DNA of 64,000 bases from the NCBI GenBank assembly GCA_947630445.1, contig CANRHQ010000003.1:11733-75732 (forward strand), in the 5' to 3' direction. Of the stretch, positions 31,431 through 40,382 are shown in pieces. The DNA is from an uncultured Clostridia bacterium. Lineage in GTDB: Bacteria > Bacillota > Clostridia > TANB77 > CAG-508. The notes beneath the pieces were generated by a model, which worked only from the letters and a program-made list of their open reading frames with translations, was not told the DNA's origin and did no database searches. The first letter of the stretch is position 1. Every line of letters begins with the position of its first letter. Position numbers and translations under genes: made by a program.

Positions 31431-31457
31431 TTAGCACTCTTTTAGTCTGTTTACTAA
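31431..31457. promoter_or_regulatory. CIRCE-like HrcA operator (one arm degenerate)
   Basis: TTAGCACTC-N9-GTTTACTAA, against the consensus TTAGCACTC-N9-GAGTGCTAA. One arm is perfect and the other matches 6 of 9. Confidence 0.6.
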
Positions 31458-31515
31458 ATCCGTATAATATATTATATTATTTTTTAGCACTTGTCAATAC
31501 CTTTTGCTAATTTTT

Positions 31516-32655
31516 TTATATAAATTCTTCCCAAACCAAATTAGCTAAATCAATTCCTCTATTTGTAAGTTTAATATTTTCCCCATCTATCATTAATAGT
31601 TTTTCATTAACTAATTTATTTAGTTGATTTCTATATAAATATAATGGATTGTCTCCAAATTTATTTTTAAAATCGCTTATTTTTACTCCATCTATTTTTC
31701 TAAGCCCTAATAACATATATTCTCTTTTGGTATCATCTTCTTTTTGAATTTCGTGTATAATTCTATTTCTTTCTAATTTTCCAGTTTTTATATTTTTAAT
31801 ATATTCATTTATATCTTCTGTGTTGGAATATCTACATATATCTCTATATGAATGTGCCGCTATTCCAAATCCTATATATTCTTGTTGATTCCAACAATTC
31901 ATATTATGTCTTGACTCATATCCAGTCTTTGCAAAATTAGATATTTCATAATGTTTATATCCATTTAATTCTAATGTATTTTTTACATACCAATACATAT
32001 TTCTTTCGGTGTCTTCTTCTGGAAGTTCTAATTCGTGTCTCTCAATCATTTGTGCCATTTTTGTATTTTCTTCTATTATTAGAGAATAAACAGAAATATG
32101 TTCCGCTTCTAATTCTATTATTTTATTTAGGCTTTCTTTTAAATCTGCTATTCTTTGATTTGGCAAGCCTAACATTAGATCAACATTTATATTTTTGAAT
32201 CCTACTTTTCTAGCCATTTCATATGTATCTAAAAATTGTTTATAATCATGAATCCTTCCAATTTGTTTTAATAATTTGTCTTGTGTACTTTGTAATCCTA
32301 TGCTTAATCTATTTATCCCATAATCTTTATAGCACTGTAATTTTTCTAATGTTACTGTACCTGGATTAACTTCAATTGTTATTTCTGCTTTTGGTGAAAT
32401 TTTTTTCTTTTGCAATGATATAATAATGTCTTTTATATATTTGCAATCAATATATGATGGAGTTCCACCTCCAATATATATTGTTGTTATTTCTGAACTA
32501 ATTTTTTGTAGTTCTATTTCTTTTTTTACTGCATTAATATATTTTAATATAATATCATCTTTGTTAGCATATGATACAAAATCACAATAATAACACTTCT
32601 GTTTACAAAAAGGTATGTGTATATATATTCCTATTTCTCTATTCTTCATTCGCAA
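31516..32655 (-). CDS. hemW: Radical SAM heme chaperone HemW (HemN-like)
   Basis: 379 aa. Radical SAM cluster motif CKQKCYYCDF. Conserved position upstream of hrcA. Confidence 0.88.
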   Translation of the reverse strand: MRMKNREIGIYIHIPFCKQKCYYCDFVSYANKDDIILKYINAVKKEIELQKISSEITTIYIGGGTPSYIDCKYIKDIIISLQKKKISPKAEITIEVNPGTVTLEKLQCYKDYGINRLSIGLQSTQDKLLKQIGRIHDYKQFLDTYEMARKVGFKNINVDLMLGLPNQRIADLKESLNKIIELEAEHISVYSLIIEENTKMAQMIERHELELPEEDTERNMYWYVKNTLELNGYKHYEISNFAKTGYESRHNMNCWNQQEYIGFGIAAHSYRDICRYSNTEDINEYIKNIKTGKLERNRIIHEIQKEDDTKREYMLLGLRKIDGVKISDFKNKFGDNPLYLYRNQLNKLVNEKLLMIDGENIKLTNRGIDLANLVWEEFI

Positions 32656-33487
32656 TCTCCATTATTTTTTTCAACCTATAATTTACTCCTGATTTTCCTA
32701 TAGGTTCTTTTAACATTTGACCTAATTCTACTAAACTTGCATTTGGATTTTCTAGTCTTAATTTAGCTACTTCTTGCAAAGATTCATTCATTTTATTAAA
32801 TTTCTTTTTTTGTTTTAATTTTTTGATAGCCTCAATTTGTTCAATAGATGCATTAATAGTTTTATTCAAATTTGCAGATTCACAATTAACTATTCTGTTT
32901 ATTTTATTATTCATTTCCCTTTGAACTCTTATTTCTTCAAATTTTAAAACTGCTTTATTAGCACCTAATAATGCTAAAAATTTTGAAATTTCCTCACCAT
33001 CTTTTATATAAATTGCATATTCATTTTTTTTATCTATCAAACTTGTTTTTATATCAAATAATTTTAATGCTTGTATTAAATCATTTGCTTTATCTTTTTG
33101 TTTTATTCCTAATTCTAAATGATATTTCTTTTCAGGATTATTAATAGAACCTCCCCCTAAGTATGCACCTTTTATTAAGTATTTTAATTTTTCTTGTTCT
33201 AAATTTAATATATCTACCTGTGGAATTTCAACATCTTTAGAGTTAATTGATATTACAAATAATTTTCCTTGTATTGTAATATTAAAATTGTTTATCCCAT
33301 TATTACTTAATAACCTAGAAAATCTATTTATATTATACTCATTTTCTGTACTGAATTTTATCTTATTTTTTTCTTTATTAATATTACTGCTTATAAAGTA
33401 TCCTATTAATTCATATTTTATTGCTTCTTTGTTTACTAAATTATCTGTTTTACTTATTTCTTCTTTTAATTCTTTAGAAAAAGACAT
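32639..33487 (-). CDS. whiA: DNA-binding protein WhiA
   Basis: 282 aa. MSFSKELKEE... N-terminus, LAGLIDADG-like middle, C-terminal HTH ...SGVNYRLKKI. Confidence 0.85.
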   Translation of the reverse strand: MSFSKELKEEISKTDNLVNKEAIKYELIGYFISSNINKEKNKIKFSTENEYNINRFSRLLSNNGINNFNITIQGKLFVISINSKDVEIPQVDILNLEQEKLKYLIKGAYLGGGSINNPEKKYHLELGIKQKDKANDLIQALKLFDIKTSLIDKKNEYAIYIKDGEEISKFLALLGANKAVLKFEEIRVQREMNNKINRIVNCESANLNKTINASIEQIEAIKKLKQKKKFNKMNESLQEVAKLRLENPNASLVELGQMLKEPIGKSGVNYRLKKIMEIANEE

Positions 33488-33502
33488 TTTTCTCTCCTTA
33501 TT

Positions 33503-34339
33503 TTATATTTTTGTTATAATTATTCTATCATTTCCATATAAATCTTTTTTACAATATGTATCTATGTATTTATTTTCATCCTCTATTATTTTAGTTACAT
33601 CTTCTTTTTGATCATATCCTATTTCAAAACATAAATATCCACCAAATTTTAAATATTCAAGTGCTTGATTAGCTATTTTTCTATAAAAATCTAATCCATC
33701 TATTCCTCCATCTAGTGCTATTTCTGGTTCATTTTGTACTTCTTTACTTAAATGTTCTATGTCATCTTTTTTTATATATGGCGGATTTGATACAATTATA
33801 TCAAATTTTATGTTTTCTATATTTTCAAATAAATCTGATTTTATGAATTTTACATTTGCACCTAACTTATTAGCATTTTTTCTTGCTACATCTAATGCTT
33901 TATCACTTATATCTATGGCATAAATTTCTGCATCTTTTATATTTTTGTCTAATGATATTGCAATTATTCCACTTCCTGTGCATAAATCAAGTATTTTGGG
34001 TTTATTCATTTTATTTGCTATTTCTATTACTTCTTCTACTAATGTTTCTGTATCTGGTCTTGGTATTAATACTTCTTCATTTACATAGAATTCCATCTTC
34101 ATAAATTCTTGCATATGTGTTATATGTTGTAATGGTACTCCTTGAGTTATTTTTTCTATATTTACAAAATATTCCCACTGTTCCTTTTTTTCTATTTCTT
34201 TTTTATCATATATAATTAAATATTGCCTAGGCTTTTTTAAAATATATTGTAATAATAGTCTTGCTTTTAATGAAGGATTTTCTATATTATTACTTTTTAA
34301 AATTATTGTTCCTTTTTTTAATGCTTCTTTAATTGTCAT
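33503..34339 (-). CDS. prmC: Release factor glutamine N5-methyltransferase PrmC
   Basis: 278 aa. SAM-binding motif LDLCTGSG and catalytic motif VSNPPYI. Confidence 0.88.
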   Translation of the reverse strand: MTIKEALKKGTIILKSNNIENPSLKARLLLQYILKKPRQYLIIYDKKEIEKKEQWEYFVNIEKITQGVPLQHITHMQEFMKMEFYVNEEVLIPRPDTETLVEEVIEIANKMNKPKILDLCTGSGIIAISLDKNIKDAEIYAIDISDKALDVARKNANKLGANVKFIKSDLFENIENIKFDIIVSNPPYIKKDDIEHLSKEVQNEPEIALDGGIDGLDFYRKIANQALEYLKFGGYLCFEIGYDQKEDVTKIIEDENKYIDTYCKKDLYGNDRIIITKI

Positions 34340-34411
34340 ATTAATACCTCCTCCCTTTATATTAATAATATATATTATTTGTTTATTTTTTTCAATATAA
34401 AAAGAACAACT

Positions 34412-34717
34412 TTAAAGTTGTTCCTTTACTCTTCTTCTTTTACTTTCTACTACTAATGGTGGTAGTAATGGGCTATACCCATTTCCATCAAATACATCTA
34501 CTTCTACTGTTCTTGTAAGTAAATCTGTATATGTATATGATGCTGTTCTATCATTTTCCTCATATTTTACTACAAAAATATTAGGATATGCTTTTTCTAT
34601 TGTACCTTCTTTTTCAAATTCTTTACTTCTTCCTAATGAACCTTTAACAATTATCTTTTGACCTACCTTATCTAAAATGTCGGTTTTTAAATTTGTTATA
34701 TCAGTCTTACAAATCAT
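34412..34717 (-). CDS. veg: Veg protein (biofilm/sporulation-associated small DNA-binding protein)
   Basis: 101 aa. The pattern ...IVKGSLGRSKEFEKEGTIEKAYPNIFVVKY...SYTYTDLLTRTVEV matches the Veg family. Confidence 0.8.
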   Translation of the reverse strand: MICKTDITNLKTDILDKVGQKIIVKGSLGRSKEFEKEGTIEKAYPNIFVVKYEENDRTASYTYTDLLTRTVEVDVFDGNGYSPLLPPLVVESKRRRVKEQL

Positions 34718-34747
34718 TAAATCACCTACTTTGCTTAAGATGTTTTG

Positions 34748-34776
34748 AGTATATCATTCGTAGGTGATTTTGTCAA
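34748..34776 (-). promoter_or_regulatory. veg promoter
   Basis: On the minus strand: TTGACA (34776..34771), 17-nt spacer, TATACT (34753..34748). Confidence 0.6.
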
Positions 34777-34869
34777 AGCATGCATTCTTTTGTCTGTTTT
34801 GTGTATTCCTTGCACTGCAAGCATTTTCGACTTTATTTTGTCGTTTGTTACATTTATATTACATTTTTA

Positions 34870-35691
34870 TTACAGAAATATTACATTTCTTTTTCCTCTT
34901 GCACCTAATCCATTTACTCCCTTTTTTCCATCTCTTAATTCATCAACAAAGTCATCTATTGTTATATACTTATTTTTATCTGCTAGTGCAACACTTTTTG
35001 CAACTATTAATGGATCTAAAAAATCTATTAAAATTCTTGCAGGTGATGATGCAAAATTTGCTCCTGCATCCATTATTGCCTCAAAATAACTTTGACAGGC
35101 TCCTGCAAATATAACTAAATTTTTATTATTTATAACATCATATTTTCTAGCCTCTTTTACAGTTTGTATAAAATGTCTAGAATTTCTATAATTAAATATA
35201 TCTCTATATCTTGCCCCACTTTTAATCATTCCATCATGTCCTGTTATTATTAATATATCTGGATTGTATATCATAAGTAATCTATATACTACTTTAGGCT
35301 GTTTATTTTCTGGTATATTTTTTACAATAGCATTTAATCCCATTTTTTTATAGTACATCATTGATTTTTCACTATATCTCCTATCTCCATCAAGATGTAA
35401 TATTTTCCCTGTACGTATTATCTCTTTTCTTCTATCTTGTTTTATTTCTTTTTCATGATTTATTGTATTAATAATTCGATATTCCATATGTTCCTCACAA
35501 ATATGCTGTTGTTCTTTACTTGCTAATTGTAAATCTTCTATTGGCGCATCTGCTTCAATTCTTAAATCAACACCTTTTAATATCGCAATTTTTCTATTAT
35601 CACTTAATTTTATAATTCTCTTTACATAAAAAACTATATCATTATTATATGAATTTCTTGTTACTATATCGCCTTTTTTTATTTCTCGCAT
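34870..35691 (-). CDS. yabG: Sporulation-specific protease YabG
   Basis: MREIKKGDIVTRNSYNNDIVF...ILHLDGD...ILIITGHDG...FAGACQSYFEAI. The start was set to the ATG at 35691 after a GAGGTGA RBS. Confidence 0.85.
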   Translation of the reverse strand: MREIKKGDIVTRNSYNNDIVFYVKRIIKLSDNRKIAILKGVDLRIEADAPIEDLQLASKEQQHICEEHMEYRIINTINHEKEIKQDRRKEIIRTGKILHLDGDRRYSEKSMMYYKKMGLNAIVKNIPENKQPKVVYRLLMIYNPDILIITGHDGMIKSGARYRDIFNYRNSRHFIQTVKEARKYDVINNKNLVIFAGACQSYFEAIMDAGANFASSPARILIDFLDPLIVAKSVALADKNKYITIDDFVDELRDGKKGVNGLGARGKRNVIFL

Positions 35692-35867
35692 ATTATCACC
35701 TCGATTTTTGTCCAAGAAACTAATATTTTTTAGGCTATTATAATATATGTTTTTTCGACTTTTTTTGATACTTTTAATACAGTTTTTACAAAACATGGAA
35801 TTTTTTCTTTACTTATGTAACTTTACATGATATAATGCAATAAATTGGATTGAAAAGGAGGCTTTTT

Positions 35868-36398
35868 ATGAAACAACTTAATGAGCATTTGGCAGAAAAT
35901 AAAGTATTAATTCTATATTTGTTAAATAGATTGCCTGACGGAATAAAAAGTGATAACTTATATAAAATTGTTTCATCTACAAACAATATAAATTATTTTT
36001 ATTTTCAAGAATTATTGACAGATTTAATTGAGACAAAATTAGTTGGTTCATTTACTAAAGATGAAGATATTTTTATTAAAATCACATCAGAAGGTCAAAA
36101 TGCATTATCCCTTACAAAATCCCTTTTACCTGGAATTTTGAAATTAAAAGCAGACAATATTTTTAAAGAAGAAGTTTCACTTATTGCTGAAGAATCTTCT
36201 ATTATAACAGAATATATTCCAAAAGATGAAAATAATTATACTGTAAAGTGTAAAATTGTAGAAAAAAACGAAATATTATTAGAAGTTTCAACTTTTGCTG
36301 GTTCAAGAGAAAGAGCTAAACAAATTTCTGATAACTGGAAAAATAATGCAAATAAAATTTATCCTCAAATTATAAACTTATTATTAAATGGAGATTAA
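35868..36398 (+). CDS. Hypothetical protein, possible winged-helix (DUF4364-like) protein
   Basis: ATG at 35868 after AAAGGAGG. The N-terminus LAENKVLILYLLNRL resembles PadR/wHTH proteins. The family name is tentative. Confidence 0.6.
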   Translation: MKQLNEHLAENKVLILYLLNRLPDGIKSDNLYKIVSSTNNINYFYFQELLTDLIETKLVGSFTKDEDIFIKITSEGQNALSLTKSLLPGILKLKADNIFKEEVSLIAEESSIITEYIPKDENNYTVKCKIVEKNEILLEVSTFAGSRERAKQISDNWKNNANKIYPQIINLLLNGD

Positions 36399-36399
36399 T

Positions 36400-37041
36400 A
36401 TGAAAAAACAAGATATCATACCTTTTGTAGAAACTTTAAAGAATACATATCCAGACGCAACATGTAGTCTGGATTTTAAAACACCTTTTCAAATAGTGGT
36501 AGCTGTAATGTTATCTGCGCAATGTACAGATGAAAGAGTAAATAAAGTTACACCTGCTTTATTTAAAAGATGTAAAACTATACAAGATTTTGCTGATATT
36601 GACTTAAATGAACTTGAACAATTAATACATTCTTGTGGTTTTTATAAAAATAAAGCTCAAAATATAAAATTATGTGCTAAACAAGTATTAGAAAATTTTA
36701 ATGGTGAAGTTCCACAAACTATGGAAGAATTACTAACTTTAGCTGGTGTTGGAAGAAAAAGTGCTAATGTTATTTTGCTTGAGGCTTTTGGAATTGCTAA
36801 TGGTATTGCAGTAGATACTCATGCAAAAAGAATTTCAAATAGAATTGGCCTTTCACTTCAAAAAGAACCAGAAAAAATAGAACAAGACTTGTTAAAAATA
36901 TTTCCAAAAGAATATTTAAAAGACATTAATCATTTATTTGTTTGGCATGGTCGTAATACTTGTGATTCTCGTAAACCAAATTGTGTTTCTTGCACTGTTA
37001 AAAATTATTGCAAGTATTATCATAATTTATCCAAAAATTAA
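36400..37041 (+). CDS. nth: Endonuclease III
   Basis: HhH-GPD region LAGVGRKSANV and a C-terminal 4Fe-4S motif CDSRKPNCVSCTVKNYC. Confidence 0.9.
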   Translation: MKKQDIIPFVETLKNTYPDATCSLDFKTPFQIVVAVMLSAQCTDERVNKVTPALFKRCKTIQDFADIDLNELEQLIHSCGFYKNKAQNIKLCAKQVLENFNGEVPQTMEELLTLAGVGRKSANVILLEAFGIANGIAVDTHAKRISNRIGLSLQKEPEKIEQDLLKIFPKEYLKDINHLFVWHGRNTCDSRKPNCVSCTVKNYCKYYHNLSKN

Positions 37042-37092
37042 TGTATATTTTTAATATTATATGTAATACTAACATATTAAGAGGTGATATCT

Positions 37093-37218
37093 TTGACAAA
37101 TATCAATTGTTCTTTAGACTGTGTTTATCAAATTGATGGAAAGTGTTCTTATGATATTATTTCTAATTCTAGTTTATGCACTAATTCTGAATGTGCATAT
37201 TATAAAGAAGTAACTTGA
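37093..37218 (+). CDS. Unannotated small cysteine-rich protein (41 aa)
   Basis: Below the ORF-track cutoff. TTG start 6 nt after a GAGGTG RBS. Translation MTNINCSLDCVYQIDGKCSYDIISNSSLCTNSECAYYKEVT contains 5 Cys. A strong terminator follows. Confidence 0.5.
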   Translation: MTNINCSLDCVYQIDGKCSYDIISNSSLCTNSECAYYKEVT

Positions 37219-37223
37219 AATGA

Positions 37224-37263
37224 ACCCAAATTGTTAGACCTTTTTGTTTAACAATTTGGGTTT
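37224..37263. terminator. Bidirectional hairpin terminator
   Basis: AACCCAAATTGTTA...TAACAATTTGGGTT 14-bp stem between convergent genes. Confidence 0.65.
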
Positions 37264-37348
37264 CATTTGTTTAGTAAATGTTAGAAGAAAAGATGATTTA
37301 ATTATATCTAATTACACACTTAACTCGAAAGTCTTCTCATTTTCTTTC

Positions 37349-38896
37349 CTACAAGTACAAACCGATACGAAATCCATAGTATTCAGAACAGCTAGAGGGA
37401 TCCTCCTCATCCCACTTATTCGCCGTTAAACCGGCCATTCCCGAACCAACATGACCGTAGTAACCACCTCTAAGGCAAAGTTTAACACCATTTTTGACGT
37501 ATAGTTTTGTCCATTCTTCTACATTTCCTGCTAAATCATATATATTATTTGCTTTGGTATTTGGAAATTGTCCTGTTTTTATTAAATCATCTGTTCCTGA
37601 AAATGTATCATCTTTATAATTCCCCCAACTTGTACTGTCAAATCCTATTTCTTCTATTGTTTTATTTCCTGTTTCATATAACCATCCTAATGTTCTATCC
37701 CATGCTGCTCCTGTTAATAATGAACTTGTTGCATTTGTTCCTACACTTTTTGCATATCCTTCTGCTTTAGTTAATGCTTCTGTTTGTGTAATCCAATTAT
37801 ATACATATTTATTTTTTTGTGTTACTAATGTTCCTTCTTTTGATTCAGTTCTTATTTGATTTGCTAATGAATCTCCTGCTTCATATCTTCCTATATAAAA
37901 TCCTCCATTTTTATTGACACTGGTTTTGTAATTATCTTCTGGGTCTTCGTATTCAGTGAATGAAGTTTTATATTCGTTTTTAAAAATCGCTAAAAATTCT
38001 TCTCGACTCATTCCAGATGAATTTAATAAATCTTCTAATTTCATACCCAATGCTTCATACATACTTTCAACCTGTTTAAGAAGTAATTCATCTGTCATCC
38101 AAAAATTTTGTGCATATAAACTATATACTTCTAATGTTTTACTTGTTTCTCCTTTACTTGTTGTTACTTTTATTTTATATTCTCCATTTATTGTTGGCTC
38201 TATTTCTTTATTATATGTTTTTCCTAGTTGTTCATTATCTTCTGATAATATATCTTCTCCGGATGGGTCTGTTACTACTATACTTGTTATTTCTTCTTTA
38301 CTTTCTACTTTTGCAGTTATCTTTTGATCTTTTTCTACTGGCACCCATACAAATTGATTTCCAACTAACTCTGCATCTACTCCTTTTCCATTGTCCTCTT
38401 CACTATCAGATATTACATATCCCTCATTTATGCTTCCTCCTACATGATAAAATCCTTCTGGTATTGGTGGATTTTCTACTTTTGTTCCTTTTATTGTTAA
38501 ACTTATGCTTACATCAGATTTTTCTGCTTCTTCTACTTTTCCATTTTTATCTATTGTATATACATTACTACTTGGAAATGTTACCTTGAAGTTGTTTCCG
38601 TCTTCTTCTACTGTTATTCTATCATCATATTTTTTTAGTTCATCTTCAAGTTGTTTTCTTGTTACTCCTTGTCCATTATTACCAGCTATTACTGCACTAT
38701 ATGATAATTTTACTTGTTCTTTTTCTTCTCCTATTTTTGTTTCTTCTTTTGCTCTTTGTGATTGCCTTATTATTCCATTATCTCCTGCTAGCATTGATAT
38801 ACTTACTCCTGCTAGTATTAATAAGACTACTATTGTTACTACTAATGCTATTAGCGTTATACCTTTTTGTTTTTCTCTTGTTTCTTTCTTTTTCAT
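37349..38896 (-). CDS. Pilin-like-N-terminus secreted protein with C-terminal FGE/SUMF1-like (formylglycine-generating-enzyme fold) domain (paralog C)
   Basis: 515 aa. The N-terminus MKKKETREKQKG-ITLIALVVTIVVLLILAG is nearly identical to paralogs A and B. C-terminal motifs FYIGRYE, AAWDRTLGWL, NIYDLAGNVEEWT, LRGGYY and YGFRIGLY match the FGE-sulfatase domain pattern. Confidence 0.85.
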   Translation of the reverse strand: MKKKETREKQKGITLIALVVTIVVLLILAGVSISMLAGDNGIIRQSQRAKEETKIGEEKEQVKLSYSAVIAGNNGQGVTRKQLEDELKKYDDRITVEEDGNNFKVTFPSSNVYTIDKNGKVEEAEKSDVSISLTIKGTKVENPPIPEGFYHVGGSINEGYVISDSEEDNGKGVDAELVGNQFVWVPVEKDQKITAKVESKEEITSIVVTDPSGEDILSEDNEQLGKTYNKEIEPTINGEYKIKVTTSKGETSKTLEVYSLYAQNFWMTDELLLKQVESMYEALGMKLEDLLNSSGMSREEFLAIFKNEYKTSFTEYEDPEDNYKTSVNKNGGFYIGRYEAGDSLANQIRTESKEGTLVTQKNKYVYNWITQTEALTKAEGYAKSVGTNATSSLLTGAAWDRTLGWLYETGNKTIEEIGFDSTSWGNYKDDTFSGTDDLIKTGQFPNTKANNIYDLAGNVEEWTKLYVKNGVKLCLRGGYYGHVGSGMAGLTANKWDEEDPSSCSEYYGFRIGLYL

Positions 38897-38917
38897 TGTT
38901 TCCTCCTTTATTTGTTT

Positions 38918-39119
38918 TCCTTAATCTTTGTACCTTAAAGAAAAATAAAAAGATGTAAACAACTTAAATATGTATATTTACATCTTTTTATTGATTTTTA
39001 ATTTTCATTATTTTATAAAAATATTTGTAAAAAAATTTTTTCCATAAAGTATTGCAATTAGTATATTTTATTGTTAAAATTATTTCATAGAATAATCTTT
39101 AAGGTACAAAGATTAAGGA
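38918..39119. promoter_or_regulatory. Candidate invertible promoter cassette (inverton) C
   Basis: Perfect 24-bp inverted repeat: TCCTTAATCTTTGTACCTTAAAGA at 38918..38941 and its reverse complement at 39096..39119. Hairpin at 38948..38961 / 38975..38988. Plus-strand promoter: TTGCAA 39052..39057, 17-nt spacer, TAAAAT 39075..39080, pointing away from gene C. Confidence 0.7.
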
Positions 39120-39184
39120 TTTTTTCACTTGGCAAATCAGAACAAATTAAAAAGAATGTTTCCTGTTGAATACAGAAAACATTC

Positions 39185-40312
39185 TTATTTTTTTAATTCC
39201 TCAAATATTTTTGATAAATATTTCATACTTGTCAAGCACTGTTCTAAAGTATTACCTGTTGCACCAACTTCTATAATAGTTGCTGCTTTTCCAAGATGTT
39301 GATTATATCTTGAATTTCTAACAATCATTGGTTTAAATAACCCTGGATATAATTCATTTGCCTTTTGCTGTACTTCTATTGCAAATTTCAAATTAGATTG
39401 CCAATTAGGATGATATAATCCCCCTCCATTTGTTCCTATAACAAACATTAATTGAGCAGCGACATCATTTCCAATTTTTACACTAGGGTCATAATTACTT
39501 TTACTTCCTATTGCATCTCTATGTAAATCTATAATTATATCACTTGGTGTTGTTTTAAGATCATTTTCTACACTTGTACATGATCTTGTATATGAACCTG
39601 TATATGCTGGATAATCATGATAGTTTTTATCATGTAATACATTAAAACCACCATTAATTAAATAATTTGTTAACTCATCACCAACTCTTGAAACTGTATA
39701 ATTTAAGTCTGTTGTTCTAAAATTACCTGTTTGTTGATATGAGTATTGTTCACTTGGCGTATAACTTTCACATGTATGTGTATGGAAAATTATTATATTT
39801 TCTTTATTTATATTTAATTCATTTTCTAAAATAGAATTATTTATTTCAAATGATGTTTCATTTTTTATTTTCACACCATTTATATCTATATTAAAACTTT
39901 CTGATATAGGATTTTGAGTTACTACTTCTGTAGTTACATTTGTTGATATATTTTCTTGTTTATTCTCTTGTTCACTAATTTCAGAATTTTGCATTTCTTC
40001 TGTTGGTTGAACTTCCTTTTCTTCTACTTTTGCTAATTCTATATCTAATAATTTTGAAATCAAATTAGTTTGACCTTCTTCTTCTCCATCTTCTTTTATT
40101 ACATTATTAGATTTATATAATGAATTATTTATTGCTGGCAATTCTTTGTCTAAATATTTCAACAAATTTTGGGATATATTTATTTGTAATATTTCATTAG
40201 ATTTTATTTTAGGTATTATCTTACTCACTATAAATATAATTATTAATATTGCTAATATTATTGACATTCTTCTAATTGCATCTTTTATATTTATTACTGT
40301 AACATTAAACAT
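39185..40312 (-). CDS. spoIIP: Stage II sporulation protein P
   Basis: 375 aa. N-terminal TM helix, then IIIFHTHTCESYTPSE...DLHRDA...IIEVG, the SpoIIP amidase-like pattern. Confidence 0.85.
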   Translation of the reverse strand: MFNVTVINIKDAIRRMSIILAILIIIFIVSKIIPKIKSNEILQINISQNLLKYLDKELPAINNSLYKSNNVIKEDGEEEGQTNLISKLLDIELAKVEEKEVQPTEEMQNSEISEQENKQENISTNVTTEVVTQNPISESFNIDINGVKIKNETSFEINNSILENELNINKENIIIFHTHTCESYTPSEQYSYQQTGNFRTTDLNYTVSRVGDELTNYLINGGFNVLHDKNYHDYPAYTGSYTRSCTSVENDLKTTPSDIIIDLHRDAIGSKSNYDPSVKIGNDVAAQLMFVIGTNGGGLYHPNWQSNLKFAIEVQQKANELYPGLFKPMIVRNSRYNQHLGKAATIIEVGATGNTLEQCLTSMKYLSKIFEELKK

Positions 40313-40382
40313 ATTTTTCTCCTTGTCCTAATGTTCCTATATATAATATATGTTTAATGCTCAATTTTTAGAACTTAAATTT

